DNA of 64,000 nt, taken from the NCBI RefSeq assembly GCF_009914755.1, contig NC_060926.1; one strand, given 5' to 3'. Under the pieces are notes generated by a model, which was given only the letters and a program-made list of their open reading frames with translations, had not been told where the DNA came from and searched no databases. Positions 13,960-28,936 of the stretch are shown one piece after another; the stretch's first letter is position 1; every line of letters starts with the position of its first letter. A program made the translations under genes and the position numbers. This DNA is from the human T2T-CHM13v2.0 reference genome, Homo sapiens.

Positions 13960-14403
13960 GTGTGAGACAGCTAGCCTCCAAGATGGCCCCCAATCATCCT
14001 TTCCTCCTCCTATTTGTGCTTTTGTACAGTCTTTCCATATTGAATCAGGGCTTGTGTATGTGATCTGCGGAGGTGACAGCCATAATTTCAATGAACCAGG
14101 TCACTGTGACTTCCGTCTTGTTCTCTCTTAGACCTCTTCCTCTGAGGGAATCAGCTACCATGCCATGAGGATACTGCAGCCGTCCTGTGGGGAGGCTTTT
14201 ATAGAGAGAAACCGAGGTTTCCTGCCAACACCCAGCCATATGAGTGATCCATGTCAGTGAGCCTCTGTGGAAGTTGATCCTCTGGCTCCTGTCAAGCTTG
14301 CTAATGACTGTAGCTTCATCTGATATTTAATGCAACTATAAGAGAAACCTCCAAGCCTGAACTGCCCACCAAGCTACTCCTGAATCTCTAACCAACAGAA
14401 ACT
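13960..14403 (+). mobile_element. MLT1-family LTR (old MaLR)
   Basis: GCCTCCAAGATGGCCCCCAATC...TGACTGTAGC...CTCCTGAATCTCTAACCAACAGAAACT. Confidence 0.7.
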
Positions 14404-14529
14404 CCAGAAGCTGCATGGCTGTGCCACGCCAGTCTGCACGCTCCAGCTGCCAGACAGCATGTCTTCCCCTTTGTTAATAATTTCTAATGGTTTACTTTCA
14501 AGTTAATTTACTCTTTCCTATATCTTTCA

Positions 14530-16200
<1,671 letters not shown>

Positions 16201-16985
16201 ACTGCATGTTAAGAACTTCTTAGCATCACTGAAGTTTACACAGAAAAAAATTCTACAGAGTAACTGAGACATAAAAAGCAAACCAAACTGTGGAGTTCCT
16301 TAAAAATACAACTTTGGAGTACTTGTGAAAGGAAAAGAAAAAAAATCATTTATATCACTATTCAAGAATGAGATAATAGCTCCTATTTGCAGTTATCCCA
16401 GACACAGCAGAAAAAAATAGGAACCTTCCCTTCCATGAGTCTCTATAAAAAAATACAAAAAAAAAAAAATACATTAAAAACGCTTCTTTGCCAAAGACAG
16501 CAGAAGATAGTGAAGTAAATGCCACTAAATACTGTTTTTCCCATTAGGTTTTAAATTCCTAAAGGATCGTGTGTATGTTTCAGCTTCCTCAGTAAGTTTA
16601 ACAGGATCTATTTAGTGCTCTCTACATAACAAAATGGTCAATTAGTGTTATTGACTGATTTTGTAGAAATCAAAGGAGAAAAAAGGGTCTGCCCCCTAAA
16701 ATTTCAACTAATCTTGGAAAATCCAGAAACCTATTTAAGATCTTTCCCACCTAATTTCATTTATCCGAATCTACAGAAGGCATGAAACATACTGCCCAGC
16801 TCCCAAGGAATATCATTAATTTTAAGGTGTTTCAGAGTTAACAGGGGTACTACATTATATGGCTTAATTCAAACTACACTTATAAGGTGATGAGGCGTGA
16901 GCTTAGCTGCTGTGACCAGAAGGACCAAAAACATTGTTCATCCAAAAGATAAGATGAAGGCCAAAAAAGACCATCATCATATTGA

Positions 16986-17023
16986 ACACACACACACACA
17001 CACACAGGCGCGCGCGCGCGCGC
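16986..17023. repeat. (CA)10-(GC)8 compound microsatellite
   Basis: Read directly. Confidence 0.97.
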
Positions 17024-17294
17024 AATCCAAAATCATTATATTCTGGTCTAATAAGAAATGTTCAGTTCTGTAACGGACTTAAGATTTGGGATAGAGAAAG
17101 GCAACTAAAAGTTATCAGTGCAACCTCACTGAAGGTCAACTAAAGTAATTAGGGCTCTTCTGTTTAAAAAGACAAAACTTAACGGGGTACACAAGAAAAT
17201 CCTATGAAATCATGAAAGTTATACATAAAGTGGGCCCCAGATACTCAGATTAACCAAAACCCAAATATTCAAACTAAAATGTATAAGTTTAAGA

Positions 17295-17410
17295 GGCCGG
17301 ATGGGGTGGCTCACACCTATAATCCCATCACTTTTGGAGGCTGGAGGCAGACAGATCACTTGAGGCCAGGAGTTCGAGACCAGGCTGGTGAAACCCTATC
17401 TCTACTAAAA
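17295..17410 (+). mobile_element. Alu left monomer only
   Basis: GGCCGG...GGTGAAACCCTATCTCTACTAAAA with no right arm. Confidence 0.85.
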
Positions 17411-17840
17411 CGTGTAAGCTTAAACTTGAAACAAATTATAGTGAACTACTAATTTTACATGGCAAATGTTAAGAGATAGTAAAGGCTGAAAAGCTTAGTA
17501 AATAATTTCTTGATAACTACTCAAATTAAATAGAGATTCATAATAGTGAATTCAAGAAGGCCAATACAATTTGAGGTATGCCTGCAACCTCTTCTGTGTC
17601 ATTAAACACAATAGCATCTATCTTCATAACTTATTCCATTATTGGATGACCAGATATTACTCAATATGGCTGTTCTTACACACAGCTTTATTCTTAGTGT
17701 TTTAAAACTGTAAGAGTGTTATAGACAAAGTTACTGGCCAGACACTAACAAGGCAGCAGTAATTCTTCACTTAGTCTATTTCACAGAATTATGACAGATT
17801 AGAAAAATAATTAATTTGGGGGCTTTTAAAAACTTAATTA

Positions 17841-18224
<384 letters not shown>

Positions 18225-18621
18225 TTATTTTTAGGCTTATATCTTATAAATTTGAAACGGTAAATGACCTGAAGCAGTCACTGCCTTACTTGATAAAGCC
18301 CCATTTTTAATTCTTGAATTGTTTTGAAGACCAAAAATATCAGCAAATTTCTGCGTCTACTTAAATTGTACGTATTCCCTAAGATTGCTACACTAAAAAT
18401 ATAATCCAGATCCAAAGAAGGAAGGAAAACAATGTGATATTATCACCTCATTTCTGCTTCAGCTTGACTGAAACATCATAGTTTTTTTCCTATTTGTGTT
18501 CCAAGATAGCAATTTAGCACTAACAGAGATACTAAGTTTCATCGTGAAAGAAAGTCACTTCAAAACACATCTCCATACAGCAAAAAAGAATAAAAAATAA
18601 AAACATAGCAAATATACATAC

Positions 18622-18819
18622 TCCTTTTGGAAAGCCATGCACACAGGAGAACTGAATCCAAAAACAAGGCACGCCTGGGCGTCTGGGCTGTAGCCATTCC
18701 GGAGTAATATTTCTAGGCAATCTTCATGTCCCCCAAACACTGCTGAGTAAACAGGGCTTACTTTGTTTAGCCCAGTGTCACAGGCCCGGTTAGTAAGTGG
18801 TATTAACAAGTCCAAGATT
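18622..18819 (-). CDS. ASB3: ASB3 coding exon, 198 nt, phase 2-2 ([11 protein letters not shown]...VCMAFQKD)
   Basis: Acceptor tatttatag|AA, donor GA|gtatgt; frame continuity. Confidence 0.95.
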
Positions 18820-20166
18820 CTATAAATACACAAATTCAGGAGAATTTAGTGTTTGTATATGTGCATAAATGTAGGCAACATTTCTATAGCACAATTTTTT
18901 TCAGAATTACCAACTGATTCATTTAAAGAAATATTTCTGTCTAGGGTGTACCTTCTACCAACAACATTAAACTATTACATGCTATATATTTACTCCAGAA
19001 TGTTACACTTATTATTGCTTAATAAAAAGGTCTTTAAATACATTTGAAACAAAATTAATGTTCCTATATGTAAACAGAAAAGGTGCTCTTTTAATTTTAT
19101 TACCTTACTAGCACCACCTTAACCCCCAAAATTCAAATTTTATGTTAGATATTTTAGGGTTTAATAAATTATTTAAAACATCATTCTACTAAGTATAAAC
19201 TGGCATCAAGAAAATGCACTATTTTCCTTCTTAAAGTACCAACTAGTTTTTCTTTTCCAATTAGTAAAAATTTTTAAAGATGATAACTGGCATGAAATTA
19301 AGACTAATGTTTTCATCAGGAAGAAATTATAATTTGTGCTAAAATATTCTATTATCTGAAAAAAAAGTGAGCTCATTAAATATGGAGGCAGATTTATAAA
19401 GAAGCTGGCTCCTAGGTAGAGAAAGTTCTAAGAAAATAATTAAAACAAAAGTTCTTAGGTTATTTGTAAACTTACCTCTAGCAGTCAACTGGAAAGAAAA
19501 AAGGACTATTCTACCCTTCTAAAATTAAAAATAAAACTGTATAGTTAAAGCCAGGAAATTCCTTCTTTCTGGGAAAAGACAGACAGGGCTACTCTGAAGT
19601 ATTTTCATAGTATTACATTTCTCTTTGTGACTTTTCCTCATGTAATGTATGTCTAAGATAACATTTAAGTAGAACTTACACTCACAAAAGGGGTTACCTT
19701 TGAAGTAGGCTATAAAGAAAATCATCAGTGACAATGAGAATTCTCAAAATTGAGAACAAATGCCCAGGAGAGTTTTGGTACCATTTAAAGTTCAGAGTAC
19801 AATATCTAACACTTATGTTTAAATAAATGATCAAGAATTGGGGAAAATATCAAATTTTTAAATCTAAGTATTTTGTTAAAATAGTCTAATGTCTCTTAAC
19901 TTTAATAAATGTGTTTAATTTTTTTAAGTAGGTGGGAAAAATTATACTCTCCCACAAGACATAAACATGCTTACAAATATCATTAATGAAATAGTAAAGT
20001 ACTGTGTCACCTAGTGGCATAATGACCAAATTGCAGAATCTGTTTTCCTACTATGTAAACAAACTAAATTAAGTAATGAATATTTTACTATTACTTTTTA
20101 AATTAAATAATACTAATAGCAGCTATAAAAAGTGCTATTATAGAATTATGGCTCTAAAGATTCTAA

Positions 20167-20279
20167 ACATGTATTTCTAAAAATTATTGACTGCCAATTT
20201 ATGATAGGTAGCCATATTCTCACATATATTTCTAAAAATTATTGACTGCCAATTTATGATAGGTAGCCATATTCTCACA
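20167..20279. repeat. 55-bp tandem duplication (2 copies)
   Basis: TATTTCTAAAAATTATTGACTGCCAATTTATGATAGGTAGCCATATTCTCACA at 20172 and 20227. Confidence 0.97.
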
Positions 20280-20803
20280 GGTATAACCAAGTTACTAGCT
20301 TCTAAGATTCCTGGAACCCCCATTTACTCTCTCTCCAATTTGAGGTTAGATCAAGAAAAGTTCAGTCAAAGGGTTTAAGACAGGGAGGACTACTTAGCAC
20401 ACACTCCAACAGGCATCACAAACTCAAAAGCTTTCTGGGGTCAGAGAGGTAACATGGATGGCCTCATCAGATTGATGCTTAAAGATGCCTGGGATAAAAC
20501 TAGGGAGGAGGAGGCGGCGGATACAGCCATAACTAGAGAAATCAATGGGAAGAGTCAACACCCCGAGAAAGTCCCTGAGCCTACCCAGTCTGTAGCAATT
20601 CTGCCTCACAATATGAAAGTGCAGGAATAGTAGGAGCAAAAGACAGCATGAAGGACAGATTAGGGGTAGATCTGTTCACCCAGCAGATTGGTAGGGAAGA
20701 GAATATCAAAGACTTTGCCTAGAGGTGAAGGGTCTAGCCCAGATTTATTCTTTATTAGCTTTTGATTAAGAGACCATGTTTATTTTCTGTTTTTAACACT
20801 TAC

Positions 20804-20981
20804 TTTGTATGGCCCATTTGTGCAGCTGCATGAATAGGTAACTGCCAACTGTCCTCATTACAGTAAAGATCAGGATCTGCCCCACTGGAGAGCAAAAGCT
20901 CCACACATTTTGTGTGTCCCTCTTGAGCAGCAATGAACAAGGGTGTAGCTTTGTCCAAGGCTTGACAATTGACATTTGCAC
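20804..20981 (-). CDS. ASB3: ASB3 coding exon, 178 nt, phase 1-2 ([22 protein letters not shown]...AAQMGHTK)
   Basis: Acceptor tacccttag|GT, donor AA|gtaagt; ankyrin repeats. Confidence 0.96.
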
Positions 20982-21179
20982 CTAAGGGTACAAAATAAAA
21001 CATTTAACAGATAACCCTAATACTTAAAAAAATCAACACAAATTTCAAAGGAACTACCATAAAAGGGTTTCGTAGCACGGTAAGCTTTTCCCTCTTCACT
21101 GAATGTTGGATGTTGTTATATAAACATATTTACTTTGCTAACTTCTTGGTAATCATTTAAATTGTCTTCGCTAAACTGA

Positions 21180-21303
21180 CAGGGTAGCTCATGCCTGGAA
21201 TCCCAGCAATTTAGGAAGCTGTGGCCAGAGGATTGCTTGAGGCCACGTGTTTGAGACCAGCCTGGGCAACATAGTGAGACCCTGTCTCTATCAAAAATAA
21301 AAA
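21180..21303 (+). mobile_element. FLAM (Alu monomer)
   Basis: GCTCATGCCTGGAATCCCAGC...GGGCAACATAGTGAGACCCTGTCTCTA plus A tail. Confidence 0.8.
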
Positions 21304-22926
21304 GGTCTTGCCTCTACGTCAGCAAGAAAACAAGTGATTCATCTCTTAGAATTCATTTTTAAGCTAAAACAAAAATCCTATTCAATGAAGGATACATTTC
21401 ATTCCAATCCCTCCTCCAACAAGCATTCTGGGGCCCAATAAGTAAACATTTAAAAAGAAAAATACAAACTATCAAACATGGATAATATTTCTGATAACTG
21501 CTGAAAAAGATAAAATCCAAATTATGCCACTAATTGATTCAGGCTAAGATTTATGAAAAATTATCAGTAGATATGACATATATGGGAGCCACGCCTTAAA
21601 ACTAATATTGACTATACTCTCTATTACATCTCTTTCTTCATAACCACTGCATGATAAATAATGCCTACAATCAGAGAAAAAGGGTCTCTTTCAACAGGTT
21701 TCTGAGTTGATATTTAAAATCATAAATGTGAAAGGGAAAAACAATAATATTATAGTGAAAGAAAGAAAAAGAAAAAAATCCCACCTGCATGAAAATAATT
21801 ACAAAAATTAGAAGTGTGAACATCTCCAGATGAAAAGGAACTACCCCAAGAATTTTGGATTTGTGAAAAATCTAAATATAGTGACACCACTGAAGGATCA
21901 CAGTCGTGTTCCCACAATGGTTCCTGACCCAAATGGAAACTCAGAAATGACAGATAAAGAATTCAAAGCAAGGATTGCAAGGAAGCTCAACAAGATCCAG
22001 ACAAGGTTGAAAATAAACACAAAGAAACTTCTAAAGCAATTCAGGAAATGAAGGCATCTTAAGATAAACATCTTAAAAAGGAATCAATCAGAGCTTCTGG
22101 AATTGAAAAACTCACTTAAGGAATTTCAAAATATAACTGCAAGTTTTATTAATAGACTAGGCCAAGCAGAAGGAAGAATTTTGGAGCTTGAAGATCAGTC
22201 TTTCAAACTAACCCAGTCAGATAAAAATAAAAATAAAAAATTTTTAATGAAAAAGGCTTTGAGAAATATTTGATAATGTAAAGCAACCAAATCTATGAAT
22301 TATTGGTATTCCTGAGAGAGAAGGAGAAAAAGTAAATGACCTGGAAAACATATTTGAGGACATAATTTAAGAAAATTTCCCTAATCTTGCCAGAGAGGAA
22401 GACATCCAGATAAAAGCAATACAGAGAACTCTCTGTGAACGTGAATATCACCATGGCATACAGTCACCAGACTGTTGAAGGTTAACACTAAAGAAAAAAT
22501 CTTACAGGCAGCTAGAGAAAAACGTCAGATCACATACAAAAGGAACAGTGGACTTCTCAGCAGAAACCTTACAAGGCAAGAGAGATTGGGGGTCTATTTT
22601 CAGCATTCTTAAAGAGAGGACACTACAACCAAGAATTTCATATTCCACCAAACTAAGCTTCACAAACGAAGGAGAAATAAAATATTTTACAGACAAGCAA
22701 GCGATAAGACAATTTGTTACCACTAGACCAGTCTTAGCAGAGATCCTTAAGGGACTTTTAAACATGGAAATGAAAGAACAACACTGATACCACAAAAACA
22801 CACTGAAGTACATAGCCCAAAGACCCCATAATACAATCATACAATAGAAACTGCAAAGCAACCATCTACCAACTTAATAATAGGATCAAAACCTCACATA
22901 TCAATATTAACCTTGAATGTAAAGGG

Positions 22927-22964
22927 TCTCTTCAGATCATACAAATCTTTCGCCTTTTACGAAA
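22927..22964 (+). pseudogene. U5 snRNA internal fragment (stem 1 5' arm and loop 1)
   Basis: TCTCTTCAGATCATACAAATCTTTCGCCTTTTAC matches recalled U5 TCTCTTCAGATCGYATAAATCTTTCGCCTTTTAC, including invariant loop GCCUUUUAC. Confidence 0.85.
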
Positions 22965-23100
22965 CATCCTGCCTAAAAGGCACACAGCTGCAATTTGGAT
23001 TAAAAAAAAAAAAAGAAAGAAAAAAGACCCATCCATCTGCTGCCTTCAAGAGACACGTCTCACATGTAACAACACCCATAGGCTCAAAGTAAAGGGTTGA

Positions 23101-23459
<359 letters not shown>

Positions 23460-23565
23460 CAGGGGTCAATATTCTTATATCAGATAAAACAGACTTTAAA
23501 TCAGACAACAGAGCCAGGCACAGTGGCTCACGCCTATAAGCCCAGAGCTTTGAGAGGCCGAAGTA

Positions 23566-24066
23566 TGACAGAGCAGGAGTATCACCATCTTGCACAAGCA
23601 CTGTTATTTTCCAATTCACCTTAATCAAAAACTTCCTAAATCCAAAGCGCATCAGCCTAAATGGCTAAGATCAGCATGATCATAAACAAAAAAAGCATCT
23701 CCGACCAGGAACATGCCAAACTCCTCTGCGACCAGAGACATGCTAGCTGCCCTGCTCTGGCTGGGAAGATGCCAGCCCCGAGATAACTCCCTTCCTTCTA
23801 GAAAGACGTCAGCCCCAAGATAATCCCCCCTTCACCCAGAGACATTCCAACCTCACCATAAACTTCTCCCCCACACATAAACACTCCAAGCTTGTGATAA
23901 GCCCCCTCACCCTAAAACCAATATATACTCATGTACTTAGCCTGTAAGAGAAAGTGCTCCTGATCGAAATCAGCCAGAAACCCTTCTCAGGTTTTATCTA
24001 AAGTAAACCTGTCTTTAACTGCCAACCCATCTTTTGTGTTTCTTTCCTCTTTCTTTAACTCTTACA
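23566..24066 (+). mobile_element. Solo LTR, LTR32-like (ERVL)
   Basis: TGACAGAGCAGGAG...CTTTAACTCTTACA with TG/CA ends, internal CCAGCCCC repeats, AGTAAA signal; family name from recall. Confidence 0.7.
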
Positions 24067-24114
24067 AGGGGGGAGGATCGCTTGAGCTCAGGAGTTCAAG
24101 ACCAGCCAGGGCAA

Positions 24115-24659
24115 TGTGAAAGGAAAATAAATCTTGGGACCCCCACAATCACTAAGCCAAAGGGAAAAGTCAAGCTGGGAACTGCTTAGCGCAACCCTGC
24201 CTCCTATTCTATTCCTAAAAAATAGCTACTAAGATTAGAAAAAGTTACGTACCTCCCTCACAAGGAATTTCCCTGTGGACGAAGGACAGACAGAACTCAA
24301 ACTCAAAGTCATCCCTCTGCTCACTGGGATAAGTGCATATCTGAGTGCCTCCTTTGGAAAGGCTAATCAGAAACTCAAAAAAAAAAAAAAGGCAACCATT
24401 TGTCTCCTACCTACCTATGACCTGGACATACTCTCCCCACTTTGAGTTGTCCCGCTTTTCCAGACAGAACCAATGTATATCTTATATATGTTGATTGATG
24501 TCTCATGTATAAAATGTATAAAACCAAGTTGTGCCCCAACCACTTTGGGCATATGTTGCCAGGACCTCCTGAGGCTGTGTCACAGGCACATGCCCTTAAT
24601 GTTGGCAAAATAAACTTCCTAAATTGACTGAGATCTCTCTCAGATATTTGGGGTTCACA
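24115..24659 (+). mobile_element. MER4-family solo LTR (ERV1)
   Basis: TGTGAAAGGAAAATAAATCTTGGGACCCC...GGGGTTCACA, perfect 4-bp TSD GCAA. Confidence 0.88.
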
Positions 24660-25106
24660 GCAACACAGTGAGACCCCATTTCTATTCAAGAAAAAATTAT
24701 ATATAAAAAAACCAACAACAGTACAAAAGGACAAAGAAGGTAATTACATAATGATAAAGGGTTCAATTCAATGAGAAGACTTAACTATCCTAAATATACA
24801 CACACCCAACATTGAACCATCCAGTTTCATAAAACAAGCTCTTAGAGATCTATAGAGATAGCAATAATGTTGGGAGATGTCAAATCCCATTGACAGCATT
24901 AGACAGATCACTGAGGCAGAAAATTAAAAAACAAATTCTGGGTGTAAATTCAACATTTGACCAATTGGACCTAATACACATCTAAAGAACACTCCACTCA
25001 TCAACCACAGAATATATATTCTTCTCAACAGCACATATAACATACTCCAAGACAGACCACATGCTCGGCCAAAAAGCACATCTCAATAAATTTAAAAAAC
25101 TGATTC

Positions 25107-25831
<725 letters not shown>

Positions 25832-27534
25832 CTTGCTCTTGGATAACTTTTAAGTAAACAATAAAATTATGGCAGAAATCAAAAAATTCTTTGAAATAAA
25901 TAAAAACAGACACAGAACATATTAAAATGCAGCAAAAAGTGTTAAGAAGTTTATAATGCTAAACATCTAGCTCAGAAAGAAAGATCTCAAATTAATGATC
26001 CAATATCACACTTCGAGGAATAAGAAAAAACAGAACAAACTAACCCCAAAGCTATTAGAAGAAAAAAAATAATTAAAATCAGAGTGGAACTGAATGAAAT
26101 TGAGACCCAAAAATCCATACAAAGGATCAATGAAACCAAAAGTTGGTTCTTTGAAAGGATAAACAAAATTGATAGACTGCTAGCTAGATAAAAAAAAGAG
26201 CGAAGGTCCAAATAAGCACAATCTGAAACAACAAAGTTGACATTACAATAGATTCTACAAAAATACACAAGATCCTCTGAGACTATTACGAACACCTCAA
26301 TGCACGCAAATGAGAAAATCTAGAGGAAATGGATAAATCACACAATCTCTCAAGACTGAATCAGAAAGAAATTGAAATAGACCAATATCAAGTTCCAAAA
26401 CTGAATCCATAATAAAAAAAAAAAAAACCTACCAACCAAAAGTCCTGGACCACATGAATTCACAGCCGAATTCTACCAGACATACAAAGAAAAACCAGTA
26501 CCAATTCTACTGAAACCATTCCCAAAAATCAAGGAGGAGAGACTCCTCCCTAACTTGTTCTACAAAGCCAGCATCACCCTAATACAAAAATCTGGCAAAG
26601 ACACAATGAAGAAAGAAAAGTACAGGCCAATAGTGCTGACGAACATAGATACAAAAATTCTCAACAAAATATTAGCAAATTAAATCCAGCAACACATCAA
26701 AAAGTTAATGCATCATGATCAAGTAGGCTTCATTGTTGAGAAACAAGGTTGGTTCCATATATGCAAATGAATAATTGGGATTCACCACGTAAAGAAAATT
26801 AAAAACCAAAACTATATGATCATCTCAACAGATGTGAGAAAAGCCTTCATAAAACCCAACATCCCTTCATGATAAAAACAAAACAAACAAAACAAAACCC
26901 TCAACAAACTAGGCATTGAAGGAATGTATCTTAATAAGAATCATCTATGACCAACCCACAGCCAACATCATACTGAACAGGCAAAAGCTGGAAGCATTCT
27001 CCTAGAGAAATGGAAGAAGACAAGGATACCCACTCTTACCACTCTTATTCAACATAGTACTGAAAGTCCTTGCCAGAACAATCAGGCAAGAGAAAGAAAT
27101 AAAAGGCATCCAAATAGGAAAAGAAGAAGTCAAACAATCTCTCTTCTCTGACAATATGATTCTATACCAAGAAAACCCTGCAGACTCCACAAAAAGGCTC
27201 CTGAAGCTGATAAACAACTTCAGTAAAATTTCAGGTTACAAAATCAATGTATAAAATCAGCAGCATTTCTATACATCAACAATGTTCAAGCTGACAGCCA
27301 AATCAAGAACACAACTCCATTTATAACAGCCACCAAAAAAAAATTTTAAACCTGGGAATACATCTTACCAAGGAGGTGAAAGATCTCTACAAGGAGAACT
27401 ACAAAATACTACTGAAAAAAAATCATAGATGACACAAACAAACGGAAAACGCTGCTCACGGATTGCAAAAATCAATATCATTTTAAAAAATACCCATACT
27501 GCCCAAAGCAATCTATAGATTCAACACTATTCCT

Positions 27535-27761
27535 TTTTTTATTTTTTCCCCTGTTAAATGTCAGAGTTTTTTGTTTTTGATTTTCATAAGTTATTGGGGA
27601 ACAGGTAGTGTTTGGTTACATGAGAAAGTTCTTTAGTGGTGATTTGTGAGATTCTGGTGCACTCATCACCCAAGCAGTATACACTGCACCCAATTTGTGA
27701 TCTTTTATCCCTCACCCCCTTCCCATCCTTTCCCTGAGTCCCTGAAGTGTCATTTTTATGC
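27535..27761 (-). mobile_element. Short L1PB-like 3' end inserted antisense into the larger L1
   Basis: TTTGGTTACATGAGAAAGTTCTTTAGTGGTGATTTGTGAGATT...CACCCAAGCAGTATACACTG; TSD TTCAAYRCTATTCCT. Confidence 0.85.
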
Positions 27762-28553
27762 TTCAATGCTATTCCTATCAAACTACCGACACCATTTTTT
27801 ACAGAATTAGAAAAAAAATTTCTTAAATTCATATGGAACCAAAAAAGGGCACAAATAGCCAAAGCAATACCAAGCAAAAAGAATAAAGCTGGAGGTATCA
27901 CATTACCCAATTTCAAACTCTACTTTAAGGCTACAGTAACCAAAACAGCATGGTCCTGGTACAAAAACAGACACAAAGACCAATGGAATAGAATAGAGAA
28001 TCCAGAAATACAGCCATGCACCTACAGCCATCTGATCTTTGACAAAGTTGACAAAAATAAGCAATGAGTTAGAGACTCCTTATTCAATAAACGGTGCTAG
28101 TATAGCTGGCTAGCTACATGTAGAAGAATGAAACTGGAACCCTATCTTTCACTATATACAAAAATCAACTCAAGATGGATTAAAAGTTTAAATGTAAGAC
28201 CTCAAACTATAAAAATCCTAGTTAGAAAAAAAAATGAGAAAACACTGTTCTGGACATCGGCCCTGAGAAAGAATTTATGACTAAGTTCTCAAAAGCAATT
28301 GCAACAAAAACAAAAATTGGTAAGTGGGACCTAATTAATCTCTTTAGATTAATTAAGCTCTTTAGCTTCTGTAAAACAGAAGAATCCACAGACAACCCAC
28401 AGAATAGGAGAAAATATTTGCTAACTAGGTATCTTCATAGATTCTGGATATTACACAAAGGTCTTTATCTTAACTTTGTCCAATATCTAGAATCTATAAG
28501 GAACTTAAACAATTCAACAAGCAAAAAACAACCCCATTAAGAACTGGGCAAAA

Positions 28554-28936
<383 letters not shown>

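Larger units (their letters stand above)
23512..24710 (+). mobile_element. FLAM monomer split into three pieces by two LTRs
   Basis: Pieces 23512-23565, 24067-24114, 24660-24710 rejoin into a continuous Alu monomer with A tail. Confidence 0.85.

Noticed and set aside
18610-18621. GTATGTAT donor paired with unusual GAG acceptor as a possible U12-type intron
   Set aside because: Donor is not GTATCCTT and there is no TCCTTAAC branch site; a long U tract indicates U2 type
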